From contig CAYVSK010000003.1 of NCBI GenBank assembly GCA_964453635.1, positions 7,922-62,017 of the forward strand: DNA of 54,096 bases. Reading direction: 5' to 3'. A model generated the notes under the pieces. That model was not told the origin of the DNA. It searched no databases and worked only from the letters and a program-made list of their open reading frames with translations. Every line of letters begins with the position of its first letter. Position 1 is the stretch's first letter. Origin of the DNA: an uncultured Weeksellaceae bacterium. GTDB lineage: Bacteria > Bacteroidota > Bacteroidia > Flavobacteriales_D > CAYVSK01. A program made the translations under genes and the position numbers. This document shows positions 52,002 through 54,096 of this stretch, piece after piece.

Positions 52002-52913
52002 ATGCCGAAAGCGAGTTCCCCCGCATATCGCAAAAAGCTGACCTTCGTTCTCCTGCTGCTCCTCCTGAGCACCTTTCCTTTTCCAAGCAACCCCCAGAAC
52101 GATCCGGAACTCCAGGACTATACCCCCTCTACCCTTCTGGAAAAAGGCGCGTGGGAATTCAAGCATTTCAACAATCTCTACACCCAGACAGCCTCTTTTG
52201 ACCATGCGGGCAATGTACGGGAGGATCCACTTCGGGCGAATTATTTCTCCTCCATCAACGAATTCCTGTACGGGGTCGGGAATCGGGTGAACCTCGGGCT
52301 CGAGGTATGGGGGGAATCCGTCCTTCTGAACCAACGAAATGACAGCCCCTTTGAAGCCCTTACCTTTCCGGGTGGCAGCCAGAACAGGTCGGCCGTGACC
52401 GGCATCGGCCCCCGCATCAAAATTGCGCCTCTATCCTCCCTCCCCGGCTTTTCAATAGAAAGCACCATCCTTATCCCAGCCGCCAGGGACCTGGAAGGGA
52501 GAAACCGCTCCGAACCCTTCCTGTCGGGTGATCATTTCCAATGGATCACCGACCTCTATTACGACCATTCCCTGAACGATCGATTTCAATTCTTTTTCCG
52601 ACTCTCTCCCTGGTTGAGCATCGACCGCGACCTCGAGGGAAAGACCGATCGCTTCGAGAGCCCCGCGAGCATTTTTTTCAATTGGTTCTCAACAGATCGC
52701 CTAACCTTCTATCTTCAGAACGAATTCTGGCCAACCTACGGAACGGAGGAGGCCATTTCAGCCTACTTCCTACAACAAGGGATCGGGGCCAAATACACCC
52801 TGATCCCGGGGCGTCTGGAACTGGAAACACTCTACACCCGCTTTACCCTTGGGAAGAACGCCGGGGCGGGTATGACTTACAACATCGGCCTGAGATGGCT
52901 CGGCGGCCCTTAA
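52002..52913 (+). CDS. hypothetical exported protein, outer-membrane beta-barrel-like
   Basis: 303-aa ORF. Signal peptide (RKKLTFVLLLLLLSTFPFP). Strand-like aromatic/Gly-rich segments throughout. The C-terminal strand is MTYNIGLRWLGG. Confidence 0.5.
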   Translation: MPKASSPAYRKKLTFVLLLLLLSTFPFPSNPQNDPELQDYTPSTLLEKGAWEFKHFNNLYTQTASFDHAGNVREDPLRANYFSSINEFLYGVGNRVNLGLEVWGESVLLNQRNDSPFEALTFPGGSQNRSAVTGIGPRIKIAPLSSLPGFSIESTILIPAARDLEGRNRSEPFLSGDHFQWITDLYYDHSLNDRFQFFFRLSPWLSIDRDLEGKTDRFESPASIFFNWFSTDRLTFYLQNEFWPTYGTEEAISAYFLQQGIGAKYTLIPGRLELETLYTRFTLGKNAGAGMTYNIGLRWLGGP

Positions 52914-52958
52914 GAACGCAATAACCAGTGCAGCAAAGGGTGCGGCAGACCTTGTTCC

Positions 52959-53843
52959 TCAGCGCCTGAGCCCAAAACCGGTAAAGGACACATATCCCAC
53001 CAAAACGGCAAGCCCGAGATCGACCATCCCCATTCCTAAGGCAATGAAGAGATGCATGAGGACACCAATACCGAGGAAGGGCTTACGCCATACATCGCTC
53101 CAAATGAGTATCGGAAAGAGCAGCTGAAAAAGGATGACAAAATAATTCCCGGAGACCATGAGCCATTCCTGTTGGATCAGGTTCTCCCGTATCCAGGGAT
53201 GGGAGAACTGAGGAATGGCAAGGGAATAATAAAGTCCCTCCCCCTTCAGCCATTGGGGACTCACCAATTTGTGCCCCACCGCTCCCACATACATGAACAA
53301 GACCTGTAAGCGAATGGCCCATAGGCCGGTATTGCTCAATACATTGCCTACCTGGTTCCTGAAGCGGGAAGGATCCCCGGATGGCCCTTCCTTCAAAAGG
53401 ACCTGATAAAGGATGAAGAACTGGATCAGGGACAAACCGGCATGACGCGATTGCCAAAGGGACTCGTAGAGCGGAAAGGTCGTCAGCAATACAGCCAGGG
53501 CACTAAGCCTGGGCGCCTTTCCGAAAAGGCCGAGGATCAGAGCGATGAGCTGAACACCGATGAAGACGGGATACCAATCGCGATAACCCGGGATGGAAAG
53601 AAAGATGGGAAGATCCCCCAGTTCCGAAAGGTTGTCCACACGAGCCGGGACGATCAGAGACCCGGCCCCCCACAGGTCCCCCATGATCGGCAGAAAAAAA
53701 AGCGTATTGAGGAGCAGGAAAATGTACAGCGCCCGCCGGAAAGGGACCCCGAAGGAGCGCCACCGGTTTTGCTCAGCCCATTTAACAAGCCACTTGTCGA
53801 TGTCCTTCCAAACGTTCATCGCAGATCTATCCATCAGTGCCAT
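52959..53843 (-). CDS. polytopic membrane protein (possibly HTTM / vitamin-K-dependent-carboxylase-like fold)
   Basis: 294-aa ORF with about 7 hydrophobic helices. The HTTM assignment is an impression from topology and N-terminal helix context only. Confidence 0.35.
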   Translation of the reverse strand: MALMDRSAMNVWKDIDKWLVKWAEQNRWRSFGVPFRRALYIFLLLNTLFFLPIMGDLWGAGSLIVPARVDNLSELGDLPIFLSIPGYRDWYPVFIGVQLIALILGLFGKAPRLSALAVLLTTFPLYESLWQSRHAGLSLIQFFILYQVLLKEGPSGDPSRFRNQVGNVLSNTGLWAIRLQVLFMYVGAVGHKLVSPQWLKGEGLYYSLAIPQFSHPWIRENLIQQEWLMVSGNYFVILFQLLFPILIWSDVWRKPFLGIGVLMHLFIALGMGMVDLGLAVLVGYVSFTGFGLRR

Positions 53844-54096
53844 TTGCCCCGGCCGATGGTCGGGGAAAAAGGATCACCTTTTCCGTCATTTCCTGCGGCC
53901 GGGCATCTCCATTCCACGATCGCTCAGGGTCGGGCGGTATAAGAAAGCGGACCGCCATGCGAATACGCGAAGGATCCCTCACATTCCGCGTTTTTTTCGC
54001 ATGTTGAAGACACAAATACCAGGATTCCCGGAAGCCGGCGGAGCCAACAATAGCTTCCCGATAACCCCGGTCCCTTTTATAAGGCCGGCAAATATT

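Overview
This 54.1-kb window is a contiguous chromosomal segment, most likely from a member of Bacteroidota. The evidence for that is gene content (ftsK-lolA synteny, a PorE-like TPR/PD40/CRD protein, pyrR-pyrB), recurrent TAnnTTTG -7 boxes just upstream of genes, and no Shine-Dalgarno-like leaders. I call 42 protein-coding genes and one tRNA-Leu(CAA). All homology calls are motif recognition by eye on the supplied translations; no search was run.

Most content is core. It includes two GT4 glycosyltransferases, a RibB-type riboflavin gene, gmhB, rnz, pyrR-pyrB, rpsA, ftsK-lolA, gcvT, a CapD/WbpM-type dehydratase, bioB-(ORF)-bioF-bioD-bioA, trmD, gltA and a long-form Lhr helicase. I saw no transposase, integrase, phage gene, CRISPR array, toxin-antitoxin pair or recognisable defence gene.

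The regions that do not reduce to textbook annotation are:
1. A roughly 1,560-aa highly charged envelope protein. It has a signal/anchor, a CRD, 14 tandem TPR-like repeats, an ER/K helix and a small C-terminal domain. It is co-directional with a PorE-like protein lacking an OmpA domain and with a rhomboid protease.
2. A five-gene operon-like block joining a flavoprotein reductase and a NapH/CcoG-type membrane polyferredoxin to three glycosyltransferases (a small GT2, a processive GT2 and a GT-C-like protein).
3. A BchI/ChlI-like AAA+ ATPase with non-canonical Walker motifs, paired with a vWA/MIDAS protein.
4. A signal-peptide, beta-barrel-like ORF translationally embedded in the biotin operon, with a palindrome abutting the bioB promoter box.
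5. A RibB fusion whose GTP-cyclohydrolase-II half has lost its zinc ligands.

Several ORF-track starts (TTG or upstream Met) were moved to downstream ATGs. The reasons were overlap with neighbouring genes or the tRNA, signal-peptide position, or a -7 box lying inside or after the proposed start.
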